64,000 nt of DNA from NCBI GenBank assembly GCA_964270895.1, contig OZ185437.1; one strand, given 5' to 3'. Made by a program: the position numbers and the translations under genes. Below the pieces are notes generated by a model, which had not been told where the DNA came from, did no database searches, and saw nothing but the letters and a program-made list of their open reading frames with translations. Shown piece after piece: positions 12,074 to 23,702 of the stretch. The stretch's first letter is position 1. Each line of letters starts with the position of its first letter. Source of the stretch: Podarcis filfolensis (Eukaryota).

Positions 12074-12401
12074 CTGTGTACACACCATACATTTAAAGCA
12101 CACACACTCAAAGGATCCTGGGAAGTTTACCCCTCACAGAGCTGCAATTCCCACTACCCATAACAAACTACAGTTCCCAGGATTCTTTGGGGCTGTAGCT
12201 CAGTGCTAGAACATCTGCCCTGGATGCGGACGGTCACAGGTTCAACTCCTGGCATCTCCATGTAGGGCTGGAAGTGTCCCCTGTCTAAAAGCCCAGTGAG
12301 CTTCTGCCAGTCTCCCTGAGCAGGATGGACCAATGGTCTGTGTTATAGGGCAGCTTCCTATGTTCCTGGATGTGCTTTAAATGTATGGTGTGTACACAGC
12401 C
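12074..12401. mobile_element. Harbinger-like MITE with perfect 29-bp TIRs, interrupted by a SINE
   Basis: ctgtgtacacaccatacatttaaagcaca (12074-12102) is the exact reverse complement of 12371-12399. Decayed relatives at ~7935-8015, 12455-12630, 18830-18900 and 21703-21875. Confidence 0.8.
12188..12368 (+). mobile_element. tRNA(Ala/Cys)-derived SINE with CR1-type tail
   Basis: ggggctgtagctcagtg.tagaacatctg...ggttcaactcctggcatctcca A/B boxes, tail gatggaccaatggtctg...ggcagcttcctatgttcc. Confidence 0.8.
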
Positions 12402-14605
12402 TTTGACTGACAGCATCTCTGTCTCTGTGTCTCTCTCTGTCTTTCTGACTCTGTAAGCACCTTACATTTAAAATACATTTCAAACGCATTGCCCCCCACT
12501 CAAAGAAAACATGGGAACTATAGTTTAAGGGTACTGGGAGCTGTAACTCTGTGAGGGGAAGCTACTGTTCCCAGGATTCTTTGAGTGGCTGCTTTATATA
12601 TATGGTATGTGTGCAGCCTCTTTTCCTGTCCCTCTACAATAGGGGGTCTTTCCTGGCATTGTTGCCTGAGTCCGTAAGTATGCACTCTGCCATCTATGGC
12701 CCCTCCACTGAACTATGGAGTTGTGTAGTAGCAATGTCTTAGTCCTGAGTTCAAGTCTCAGCTTCACCCTACACTTGTTAGATAGGCCCCTCCTTTTCAG
12801 CCACAGACAGTTCTCCTTTCACCCCCCAAAAAAACAACAACATTGAGATAATAATGCTGGCCAATCTGTTACAGAGCCGACTGAGGGGATGTGTGTGAAG
12901 CACTTTGAGCACTCAGGGGAAAGCGCTAAATAAATATCTAAAACAGCTTACAGATCCCCTGAAATCCTGCCTGCTTTTCCATTCAACACTTGCCTGTGTG
13001 ATGTGCTAAAATGTGAACGAGTCACAGATGAGCAACACTCATCTCAATACTGGCACAAGGTAAGTCAATGCCAAGCTGAAGCCGTTTTCTGTTCCAAAAC
13101 TGTGAAATGTGGACAAAGTCCAAAGTCAGCATTGGGGGGTTATGCAATTATCAGGCTGATGCTGCTAAATACACTAATGGGGACGGGAAGCATATGAAGA
13201 AGAAATTAGCTTTTGTAGACACCATGCGAATTTGAACAATAGGTTTGCTTGGGTATTATGTTAGTTGGATGAGACAAAACCAATGACTATAACTTTCCTT
13301 GGCAGGGTCACTGTGCTGCCAGGTATGCCTCAGGTATCACAGGAAACAAAGGTGTGTTGGATCCAGTAGCAGTTTGCAGAGCAGTTCTGACAGATAGTGG
13401 AAACACCAGCCAAAAAGGCCTACAACGGAGCGATGCAATTGGCACTATTTATGTCTAACTGCCTTTCATTTTCCTTACATAATTTGTTCAGATTCCCTGT
13501 TACAGGACAGTGGACAGAAGGTGAAATGTGAATCCAGAACATTCAGGAAGCAGGAAGCAGGTCTTAAGTAAAAGGAACAGGTGTGGTCTGCTGGATAAAC
13601 ATGGATTAATTTCAGCTGCGAGAACTATACTATCGTTTTAGAAATGAGGGCATCATTACAGTGAAGCGTTACACCTTGGTGAGGTTCTGTGATTGTTTCC
13701 CCACCCCGGTGGGTTTGATTTTGCCAGCCATTTTCCTGCTTATACACATCAACAAGCTTTTTTTCTCTCTGCAAGCCCCCCTGCTTGCCTGCTCATATCT
13801 GTCTCCATAAGACTTTCCCCAGTGTGTTCACCCTCATTATGAAAGAGAGGCATAATTATGTTTCGGCCTAAGTACAAAGAAAGGCAAGCAGCCTTTCCTC
13901 CCTCCCTTTGTGATGCAAAGCTGTATTGCTTTGAATAGGCCTTCATGAGCTTGCACAAAACACTGCACATAAACGATGGTAGTGTCACTCATATTCGTTC
14001 TATGGTGCACGACTTCAAAAGGATGCAAGATAATGTGGCAGACTAACATTTGCAATGCTTCATTTGTGATGCATTTAGCACTCGGTGCAAATTAAAGGTC
14101 TTGAGAGATGTTTTAAAAGCAGTTTTGAAATTAATGACGCAAAAATAATAGTCATAAACCTTGGATTTTGCATTACATTACAATCACACACCCGTTAACA
14201 AATTCACAGCCCTCCTTCTCTAAGTGTGATGGCACATTTAGGTTGGGATTCACTGGGACATGGTGCTTGTGGTACCAGCTAGTGCTAGAGAACTATGGCA
14301 AGAATAGAAATGTCCTGTTGCAAAAACACAGTATTTTCTGGGCTGAAAAACTGCCTTACTACAGCATCCTAACATGAGAATCCCACTGCTAGGACAAGAC
14401 TGTTGCTCATCTCCAGCAAACAGCAGTACAGTTCAGGACACTGATGATATCAAGCCTAGAAATATTTATTTATTATTTATTTTATTTATTAAATTTGTAT
14501 ACCATCTTTCATCCGAAGATCTCGGGGTGGTTCACAGCATAAGAATATCTCTCCCTAGAGTATGCATTTTTCCAGTCCATAAATGGTAGTCTGAAAACTA
14601 TAATA

Positions 14606-14831
14606 CAGTGGTACCTCGGGTTAAGAACTTAATTTGTTCTGTAGGTCCGTTCTTAACCTGAAACTGTTCTTAACCTGAAGCACCACTTTAGCTAATGGGG
14701 CCTCCTGCTGTCGCTGCACCACTGTCGCACGATTTCTGTTCTCATCCTGAAGCAAAGTTCTTAACCTGAGGTACTATTTCTGGGTTAGCAGAGTCTGTAA
14801 CCTGAAGCGTATGTAACCCGAGGTACCACTG
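14606..14831. mobile_element. Tigger/pogo-type MITE
   Basis: Perfect TIR cagtggtacctcgggtta / taacccgaggtaccactg, flanked by TA on both sides. Confidence 0.9.
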
Positions 14832-16849
14832 TATTGATTTAAGATCAGGTGGCACAGTCTGGGCATATCCACCTTTACCTTTTGCCCCAGGCTTTCTGGG
14901 CACTTTCCTGGTCCATGTCTGAGTGCTCCCCCCACCCCCAGTGGCACTTTCCCTAGGAAAACCCACCCGTACTTGGAACAAGCAGAAATTTGGGTTTTCC
15001 GTGGAATTGTTTTCAGTGGTAAAGAACAGGTTTCCATGGGGAAAGCACTGGACAACCCCCCCCCAAAAAAAAGTGCTTAGACACAGAGGTCTGTGCTTAG
15101 AGACATAGCACAAAAGGAAGTCTGAATGAGCCCTTAGTGGCAGCTGGTGAAATGTATGGAAGGTGGTAAGAGGGATCACATAGTGGCAGTGCAGTCTATT
15201 CGGACCCTTCCTTGCCAGGTCCCTATGGAAGCAAAGCAGCACCACGGATAGCTCCAGGGGAGCAACTTGCTCCAACAAAGCCTGGAGGTAAACTGAGGCC
15301 TTGTGAGGATTTTCCTTTAGTCCAGCTTTCCCAAGCGCTACCCACTTGTCCGGAACCCCGTATGTATTAAATAGCCAACTCCCCAGCCTGAAGACAAATG
15401 CAATGTCAGAAGCAGCTCTTTTTTTAATCCCTCCAAGTGGTGAATACAACTGTACTTGCCGTGGGAGTTTTATCCTTTGTGTGATCCCAGCTATGCAGTT
15501 TGCCTACATGCACACCTACAAGCCAAATGCTAATTCAGTCATCCTCTGTTTATGTCCCATATGGGCTGACTGCCCTTTTTATAAAAAGAAAAATAAATAT
15601 ATTTTAGAATCTCACATGTAGATTTTCATAATGTCCTTGCTTCGTCATATCAGACTTTTTTTCTTTTTGCAAACATTTTAAAAACAGTTGCAAAACTGTG
15701 TGTGATGGCATAGGCACTAGCCAATGGGTGCCCTAAAAGCCAGTTTTTCTCTTAATTGAAACTGTACCATGCTGCAGAACCAATTTTTCAGAGTTCATCC
15801 TGCAAGAGAGAAATGACCTCTTTGTCCTGAACACAGTGAGGGTGCTTTCAAACTGCTCACACTTTTCTTAAAATGTTATGTCTGTTTTCATCCTCTGACT
15901 TCTTTCTCATTCATCGGCTACATCATTCAAAAGCAGCTTCTGTTTCCTTCTCCTGTCACAAGGCAGAAAACACTGGGTTCAGGTAGGTAAGACTTGCGTT
16001 TTCAGCTGACCTTGATTTCTCATTAGTCAATGTTCACTGTTAGCGGCCAAGCTGCTAGCCAGAAAAGTGTAAGCCTGAGAACACTTCCATGCATCTCCAG
16101 TGTTTGCTTTTTAATGACTGGTATGTAGATTTACCAGAAATAATTAAACCTTGCCTTTTAAGTACAATGGAAGAGCAGCCTCTATTTTTAAAAGAATGCT
16201 AAATTAACTGAAAAGACGAGTGTGAGCGGATCGTACTTGTCGAAGCTTTAGCACAAATGAGAGTGTGAAATGTGATCCTTGCCAAATAGTCCTGAAACTG
16301 TTCTCATACTTCCTCTTCTCTCGCACACATGTGTAGGCTTCAATAAAGCAGGAGCAATTTAAAGCACACTCTTTCCAACCAAACCCTTACTGAGTGTAAA
16401 CAAAAGATTAAACAGAAAAGGTCCAGATGTGCTCAGTATCAATTGCTGGATTACTTCTTTCTGAAATGGAAACTGTATCCCTTTAAAATAAGCCACATCA
16501 CTGAGAAAAAATAAACCAAGATCTTAGCAGTTTTTAAAAGAGGAATGACAAAAATGAAGAAAGTAGGCAACAATTGGTGTAGGGCACCATTCCATAGCAA
16601 GGTTGGACTGGCATCAATCTTAGGTGGTCTATTTTATCAGGATAATCGCCAAATAAATGATCTCTTAGTGCATCTCGCCATTGCAACCCAAGGATGCAAT
16701 ACCTGGTATAGCTGCATGGAAACTTTAAATGGTATGGTGTACAGGGGGAAATGTATGAAACAACAAGAAGAAGCAGAACCTATGATTTGGTGTTTGATGC
16801 ATATAAAACCCTGAGATTCATAAAATATTGAAGGATTATGGATAATGCT

Positions 16850-17300
16850 GTGAAAGTCTATTAGTCATGAGGATTATGTGTTTCCTCCAGAATCTAAGGC
16901 AATATGCCTCTAGATCAGGCATATTGATCTAGCAGGGGGCCGGTCCACTGTCCCTCAGACCTTGTGGGGGACCGGACTATATTTTTTTTTGGGGGGGGGA
17001 ATGAACAAATTCCTATGTCCCATAAATAACCCAGAAATGCATTTTAAATAAAAGCACACATTCTACTCATGTAAAAACACGCTGACTGTCCGTGGGCCGG
17101 ATTTAGAAGGCGATTGGGCTGGATCTGGCCCCCGGGCCTTAGTTTGCCTACCCATGCTCTAGATACTAGTTACTGGGAAACACAAGCAGAAATGATATTG
17201 CACTCATATTGTGAGCTTTTTGGAGTCTCCTGGTTGGCCCCTGTGAGAAAGGGCTTCTAAACGAATACACACACCCCCCTCAGGCTGCTCTTTTATGGTG
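16850..17300 (+). mobile_element. Old CR1 3' UTR, split by a hAT MITE
   Basis: ctattagtcatg...tatgcctctagat|MITE|actagttactgggaaac...ctggttggcccctgtgagaa. Collinear with the CR1 3' UTR at 36920-37078. Confidence 0.55.
16916..17156. mobile_element. hAT (Charlie-like) MITE
   Basis: Perfect 8-bp TSD CTCTAGAT at 16908-16915 and 17157-17164. Ends cagg... / ...tttgcctacccatg. Confidence 0.88.
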
Positions 17301-19587
17301 GATGTCATCTGCAATTATTTACACAATAATAGTGCATTAATCGTGGATTTACTCTGGTTTAGTTTATTCTGTGATGCTTCCTCTATGATGCCACATTATT
17401 GTTGTATGGATATAGCACAACAAAGGCAGGACAAAAATCAATGAGATCTTTGTCGCATAAAAAGTTACGGAATTTCAGCAGGAAGCTCTGGTGTACACTG
17501 ATTGGAAATACAGTGTGACCACCCCAAAATTCTTGCAGCATCGAAAGCAGGCTTGTGTATGACTGCCCTGATAGCATCATGGGTACAAATAAGTATCAAC
17601 ACACCACAGAAAGGATGCCTGGAGGAGTCCTAGACAGGCCAGCAGGGCTTTTCTCGTGTTATGATGGGAGCCCAAAGCTGCCAGATGCACAGCACAATAA
17701 TGCAATCTCTTTTCATGCTGTGACAGGGAGCACCGTTTGGCACTATCTCAAAGCAGGCGTGGGTTATCTTCAATCTCATGCAGTCTGCACCGCACCCACA
17801 CCCCTAGAATCCCTGTCAGTCCACTGGCCTTGATCACCTTTGCTTAGCAGTGGAGAACCGAATGTGTGCAAACTATGGGGTCCAACTTTTGCAGTACATC
17901 AACAAATATAACGACAGTTTCCTCTGTCCCATTGAGCAGGAGCATTGTCTGGCTCCGCGACATCTGTGTGTTCTTATTGCTCAAGGAAGTGTCTAATCCA
18001 ATCCAGAAAGTGGTTTCTTTTTTAAAACGTGGGTCTTCTAAACTTCCCCACCCTGCCTGTGTTTTCTCGGTTGCAACGTTCCTTCTCCTGCCAGATGCTA
18101 ACAGTTAACTGTGTAAGCTGGGGGTCCATCCAGGGAGGTGGGTGAGGTGGAAGGAGGAGAGAGTGGAATTTGGTTCTTGTGACATAGAAACAACCTATGA
18201 ACCACAAGCTGTGGCTGAATCTATTGTGGGTCTTTCCAATGAGGATTTAAATGGGTAGAGATTATGAAGCCACAATGCTTGCAAGCATACTTCACACTCG
18301 CATCAAGTAGCAGTGTTCACGCCATTTGTGCCACTTGTGGCTGGCTAAACAGCACAGCTTCAGGCTCTTCTTGGGAAAAGTGCTAATCCACCTGGATCAC
18401 GCAGAAGTAAAGCCTATGTGGTAAGATGCTCTCTTTATTTATTTTCTTGAAGCATTTATTTCCTGCTTTTCAGATGGAAGTGCTTAACAGATCAATAAAA
18501 CATAGCCCTTGCCCTCAAGCTTATAATGAAAAAAACACATAGCACAAAAGGAAAAAGCAATGTGGAGGGGAGAGAAAAGATGTGTTATCCTCACTCCTGC
18601 CATGGAAGCTCACTGAGGCTCAGGTTGATAGCATTGCCCACCCCCAGCACAGATGACCCTGCTGTTATTGCCCCCTCTTGGAGAGGAGGGACCCAGGCAG
18701 ATGTGAGAGCGGCAGCAAACGGAGATGGCAATTTCTTACTGCCTGGTTCTTCTCATCCTATGACCAGTCCCAGCTGTTAAATTTATCACTCAGAGAAAAC
18801 ATTGCTAAGACTTGGCTCCTCCTGTCTCTCCCACAGGGGAAGCCATGACTGTTTAAAGTGGTGTGATATTGCTTTAAATGTACAGTGCAGATGGGGCCTA
18901 TATGTCTTTTGAACCTCGTTCTGGTTGGTAGATCTTAGAGTTATAGTAAAAATAAAGTTGATCCGACAAGCCTGAAGTCTGCCCATTCATTTTGTAATCC
19001 AGCAAGTTCTGATGTATGAAAGAAATCTAAATACATAATGAAAATGAATTTTCCCACTTGGCTCCAGCGTAGTGCAACTTACTGCATTAGCTGGGCTTAT
19101 CATGTGCTAAAAAGTTCCCAGCCTCCACTGGCAAATGTCCTTCGTCTGGATGGGAGGCAGGAAACCACATCAGCCTCACGCAGTGAATTTTGCTCAATGT
19201 TGTGGGCAAGCCCTGGGAAATCTGCCACTTTGCTTGTGGTTTGCACGCAAGTTTATTACATAGTCACCACAGGGACCTATTCTGCAGGTCATGAGATGGT
19301 TATGATAAGATAAAAAGCATAGGCGATAATGTGCCTGTCGAGGGTCACATCGGCAAAGAGCAGCCATTCCCGCCATGTGGAGGTCTCAGCGCTTATAGCT
19401 TTTTCGGGAAAACTGAACACATGGTTCACTTCTAGGAGTCACCTTTCCCCATTTTGGCTACAGAAGTTCCTCAGGGGAATTAGATATCAGGTCTGTTTCA
19501 CAAGACTCTGAAACTCCTTTAGGACACAAGAGGCCAGGCGCTCAGCTATAGTGTGTTCTTTGGCTGACATTTAGTCATATTGCAGGA

Positions 19588-19614
19588 TGAGAGAGAGAGA
19601 GAGAGAGAGAGAGA
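19588..19614. repeat. (GA)n microsatellite
   Basis: Directly visible. Confidence 0.95.
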
Positions 19615-19784
19615 AGCCGTTAGGCTGAGTTGGATTCCTTGGTCTTCCCACAGCCTTTCTGCTGAACTTGCAACTGTACTACTTCCTTTGCAAACATGAC
19701 AGCACCTTGTTGGCTTCCTTTGGATCTCAGCAAGTCACTGCATTCTGCACTATAAACACACTGCAAATTCATGGAGGATTCGAA

Positions 19785-19984
19785 CAGTGGCAAAGCTTCA
19801 TGCTCCGGCACTGGGGGGCGGAGAGCAGGCGGAGGCGGGGCTGGCGCACATCCTGGGGGCGGGGCGCTCCACCTGCGGGGGTGTGGTGCCCATTGCGGGG
19901 GGGGCAGCCGCAATGACACCCTGCTGGGATCGCGCTGCCAGGGGCGGTGCACTCCCTCTCCCCACTCCTCTTCCTCCACCAGTG
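19785..19984. mobile_element. GC-rich hAT-type MITE
   Basis: Ends cagtggcaaagc / cctccaccagtg. Imperfect 8-bp TSD gattcgaa / gatttgac. It explains the overlapping GC-rich ORFs here. Confidence 0.7.
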
Positions 19985-20039
19985 GATTTGACCATCAATG
20001 GCCACCAGACATGATGCCTATATTCTACCTCCACTGTGA

Positions 20040-20157
20040 GAGAGTGTTGTTGGGCTCAGGTTCTGTTTACTGGCTTCCCATAAGCCACTGGGAGAGCAGG
20101 ATGCTCGACAATGATGGGCTTTTGGCCTAATCCAGCAGGATTCTTCTTGTGCTCTTA
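20040..20157 (+). mobile_element. CR1 3' UTR fragment
   Basis: gccactgggagagcaggatgct...gggcttttggcctaatccagcagg..ttcttcttgtgctctta. Confidence 0.6.
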
Positions 20158-20186
20158 CAGGCTGATGCTGCCTTCAGTAGGAGATA

Positions 20187-20422
20187 CAGTCAAACCTCGG
20201 TTGTTGAACATTTTTCAACATTTTGGCTCCCGAACGCCAAAAACCCAGAAGTAAATGCTCCTGTTTTTGAACGCTTTTTTGGAAATTGAACGTCCGACGC
20301 AGCTTCCGCTTGAGTTCAAGAAGCTCTTGCAACCAATCGGAAGCCACGCCTCAGTTGTCGAATGTTTCGGAAGTAGAATGGTCTTCCGGAATGCATTATG
20401 TTCAACAACTGAGGTTTGACTG
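20187..20422. mobile_element. Tigger/pogo-type MITE (second family)
   Basis: 24-bp TIR cagtcaaacctcggttgttgaaca, with one mismatch to the right end. TA on the left. Confidence 0.85.
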
Positions 20423-21350
20423 TTATTGACGTTCTGGGAGACACTCCAGGCCCAGCCTGTATTTTTTTAGAAGCAGTTTCTTATAACACCGAAATATAAA
20501 CACAGTTTTGCAACTGGGATCTTAAAAAATAATGCTTTGAAACAAAGGAGAGTTTATAAACAGCCGTAAACTTATTCCTTAATGAAGGGTTTCGGGGGGT
20601 TTGCAGCCTGGGAACAAGCCAGCTGTTTCTGAAGGAAGTTTACGGCAGAAGATTAATGGCGGGCTCCTTTGCCGAAACAAATCACTCGACTGTTTATTGA
20701 AGCTTCCAGCCAGAGAGAACAAAAGGCGGCTCTTAATCGAGGACTGGGGCGGAAGATGAAACCTAGACATCTCCGAGTGCCGGTTTTATACACCTCCTCT
20801 CGACACACACACACACCCCAAATCTCATTTCCATTCAGGACGTCAGCTATTCTTCCTCGTCTCAAAATATCCCAAGCCAAGGAGTTGGGTGTGGGGAGCC
20901 CCTGCCTAATGATAAAGCAGCGCTCCTACCCATTCTAATGAAAACTGCTTTTTGATTTATGACCTGTGGTTTGGCAAAGCTGCTTTAGTAAGCGACAGGC
21001 AATTGTAAGTAAAAAAAAAAAGCCATGTTGGTACTTCTGCTGCTGAAAGGAACTCGTAAGCACCTGATAGAAGCCTTGCAGACCACCATGAATTAAGCCA
21101 GGAGAAAGAATGCCAAGCAGCCGAACCATCCAGAAAGATACAGAGAGAGAGAGCCTGGTTAGGGCCAGAGATGCCCCTCTGTCTGTCTGTCTGTCTGTAC
21201 TAAGGCTGTGGTCTCCTTTAAATAAATAAGTAAGTGAATAAAAAAATCTTTACCTGCTGCTCTGCCTATTAGCCTTTCACTTCAGGATAGCATAATGACA
21301 TTGAGCAGCTGAAAATTTTATTTGCTCTTTACACCAAAAAGGAAAGCATC

Positions 21351-21565
21351 AGGCAGTGGAGTGTACTGGTTAGAGTGCTGGACTAGGACTTGAGAGACCA
21401 GGGTTCAAATCCCCCCTCAGCCACAATGTTTGCTAGGTAACCTTAGGCCAGTCGCTGCTTCTCAGCCTAACTCAGCTTGCAGGATTGTTGTGAGAATTAA
21501 ATGAGGAGGGAGAGAACCACATACATTCCTTTGAGAAAAGGGTGGGATATAAATACAATAAAATT
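21351..21565 (+). mobile_element. MIR/Ther1-like CORE-SINE
   Basis: tggttagagtgctggactagga...gggttcaaatccc...ccttaggccagtc...ctcagcctaac...ggattgttgtgag...gggatataaatacaataaa. Minus-strand relatives at ~31455-31640 and ~32625-32725. Confidence 0.75.
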
Positions 21566-23017
21566 AATTGGTTGGCTAGTTAATTCCTGGGTGCCATGCC
21601 ACAGGAGCAGGGCCAGTTAAAAAATAAAGGTGGGAATGAGCAGGGTTTCTAGACTACTTTTGGGTTTCCCCCCAAGTCCTCATTGTGATTCAGGGCTCCT
21701 GTGCATTCACCATACACTGAAAGCAAGTTTCAAGCACATGCCCCACCCCAATGAATCCTGGGAACTGTAGTTTACCCCTCACAGAGCTACAATTCCCAGC
21801 ACCCTTAACAAAGTTCAGTTCCCAGAATCCTGGAGGGCAGGTAGGGCACTACATGTATGATGTAGACAGGTCAGGATTCTGTCTTGTTTTGTTTCAGAGT
21901 GATGGCACCTCATTAAGCTAGCACCCGTCGCTCTCCCCCCATCTTCCCTCGCCCACAAATTCCCTACTGAAGCTCCAAATCTTAAAGAAGATCAGCTTGT
22001 CTCTTGCAGGGTGAAAAACTTGCTGTTGAACTCAGTCATATGCAGCTCCTTCTCCTAAGTAGACTCACACACTGTTGTCTGGGGGGGGGGCAGGCTCTCA
22101 TCAGCTGTTTTTCAAACAGCAGGCCACAGCTTTCCCTTGCAAGTAGAGCCACTTGAATCGAGAAAAATGTCATCTTTGCCCAGGATTAAATGAACTCTTC
22201 TGCAAGCTACGAGACAAGATGCATCTGTTCGCGGTGAGATTTATTTCCAGGGCTGCGCTGGGGCTTTAGAAAATAGATACTGCCATTCGACAGTAAATGA
22301 AATATATTAGGGGCAATACAGATCCATTAGAGAAATTGCTTTAGAACAATGCAGGGCATTTATTTATTTTTTTGGCATCTCTGCAATGAAACTAATGTAG
22401 TGCCTTAGAAGTCGCTGCTCCTGCCGATCACTCAATGGAGGCTGATGCGTCGCTCTTTAGGACGGATGCAAAATGCTCATTGCTGGATCCCTGAAGCGAA
22501 ACGTCAGCGTATGAAATTCCCAGATGTCTGAGTTGCACCATATGGCAGATTCTTCATCAGTCCTTCCAAAAAGGATGTCTTGCTATGGTGGAAAGAGGAG
22601 CGTTCCCCATACACAGGAGATCAGCACTATGGCTGAGTACACATTTCTGTTTACTCTGCATCCAGCCTGTTTCCCCCCCCCCCCCCCGCTCCAGCAACCG
22701 CGCACCGGTTTGGGAAGCGTTGTATGCATGATGTTAAAACACAACCCACACCTATCCTGTTGCCCTGCATTTTTATGCATTTTACCCCCAACCAGCTTTC
22801 ATCTGAATAGAGACAAAGAACAACCTAGGTTTGTTTTAAGTTGGTGGTATGTACACAGCCTATGACTCTTCGAAAAATATTTCAGTAAAGAAAAACAAGT
22901 AGAAAAAGAGGGACAAGCAGTCATCCCAACTGAAAAGCAAGCAACAAAACGAGAGACATAGCTATTTCCGTCTGTCTTGTAAATATATAAAATCGTCAAT
23001 ACTGAATAGCCTATATA

Positions 23018-23259
23018 CAGTGATATCTCTGGTTACAAACTTAATTCATTCCAGAAGTCCATTCTTAACCTCAAACCGTTCTTAACCTGAGGTACCACTT
23101 TAGCTAATGGGGCCTCCCGCTGCTGCCATGCCGCCATTGCACAATTTCTGTTCTCATCCTGAGGTAAAGTTCTTAACCCGAAGTACTACTTCCTGGTTGG
23201 TGGAGTCTGTAACCCAAAGTGTTTGTAACCCGAGGTGTTTGTAACCTGAGGTACTACTG
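23018..23259. mobile_element. Tigger/pogo-type MITE (same family as 14606-14831)
   Basis: TA-cagtgatatctctggtta...taacctgaggtactactg-TA. Internal sequence collinear with the 14.6 kb copy. Confidence 0.88.
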
Positions 23260-23620
23260 TACACTCTAAAACAAAAGCTGAATACTCTTCATTTTAATGT
23301 TGTGGCATTAATCTAACAATGGTAGTTGCAGAAAGCACCAAATCCACTTTAACTGTGCAACTTGAAGTTGTCAATTTGTGATTCAATTCCACCTACAGAA
23401 TAGTAACAGTTTGGAAGTGGTTCCTCCTGGCACAGCTACATGGTAGACATTCGATTAAGAGTCTTTCCCTCTCATCAGAAAACCATGGGAAGTGTAGCTC
23501 TGTAGCCACAGCACTCACAGAGAATTCTTTGCATTCTCAGTAAACTACAGTTCCCAGGATTCTTCAGGGAAAAACCAAGGAAGCTGATTTTGTACAAAGA
23601 GGGATGTGTGACTTTACAGT

Positions 23621-23702
23621 GCAATCCTCTACATGTCTACTAAATAGTAAGTCTTACTGAGGTCAATGGGACTTATTCCCAGTTAAGCGGGTACAGATTG
23701 AT
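23621..23702. repeat. ~85-bp squamate interspersed repeat with palindromic ends
   Basis: tgcaatcctctacatgtctact...aatgggacttattccca..taag.gggtacagattg. Partial copies at ~30435, ~38665 and ~40945. Confidence 0.5.

Noticed and set aside
3984-12368. tRNA-like sequences at ~3984, ~9945 and ~12188
   Set aside because: Cloverleaf stems are broken and they continue into SINE bodies and tails, so they are SINE heads, not tRNA genes.
14742-15449. 235-aa minus-strand ORF, one of the longest in the track
   Set aside because: No recognisable domain or splice context, and its 3' end runs through a Tigger-type MITE. Consistent with a chance ORF.
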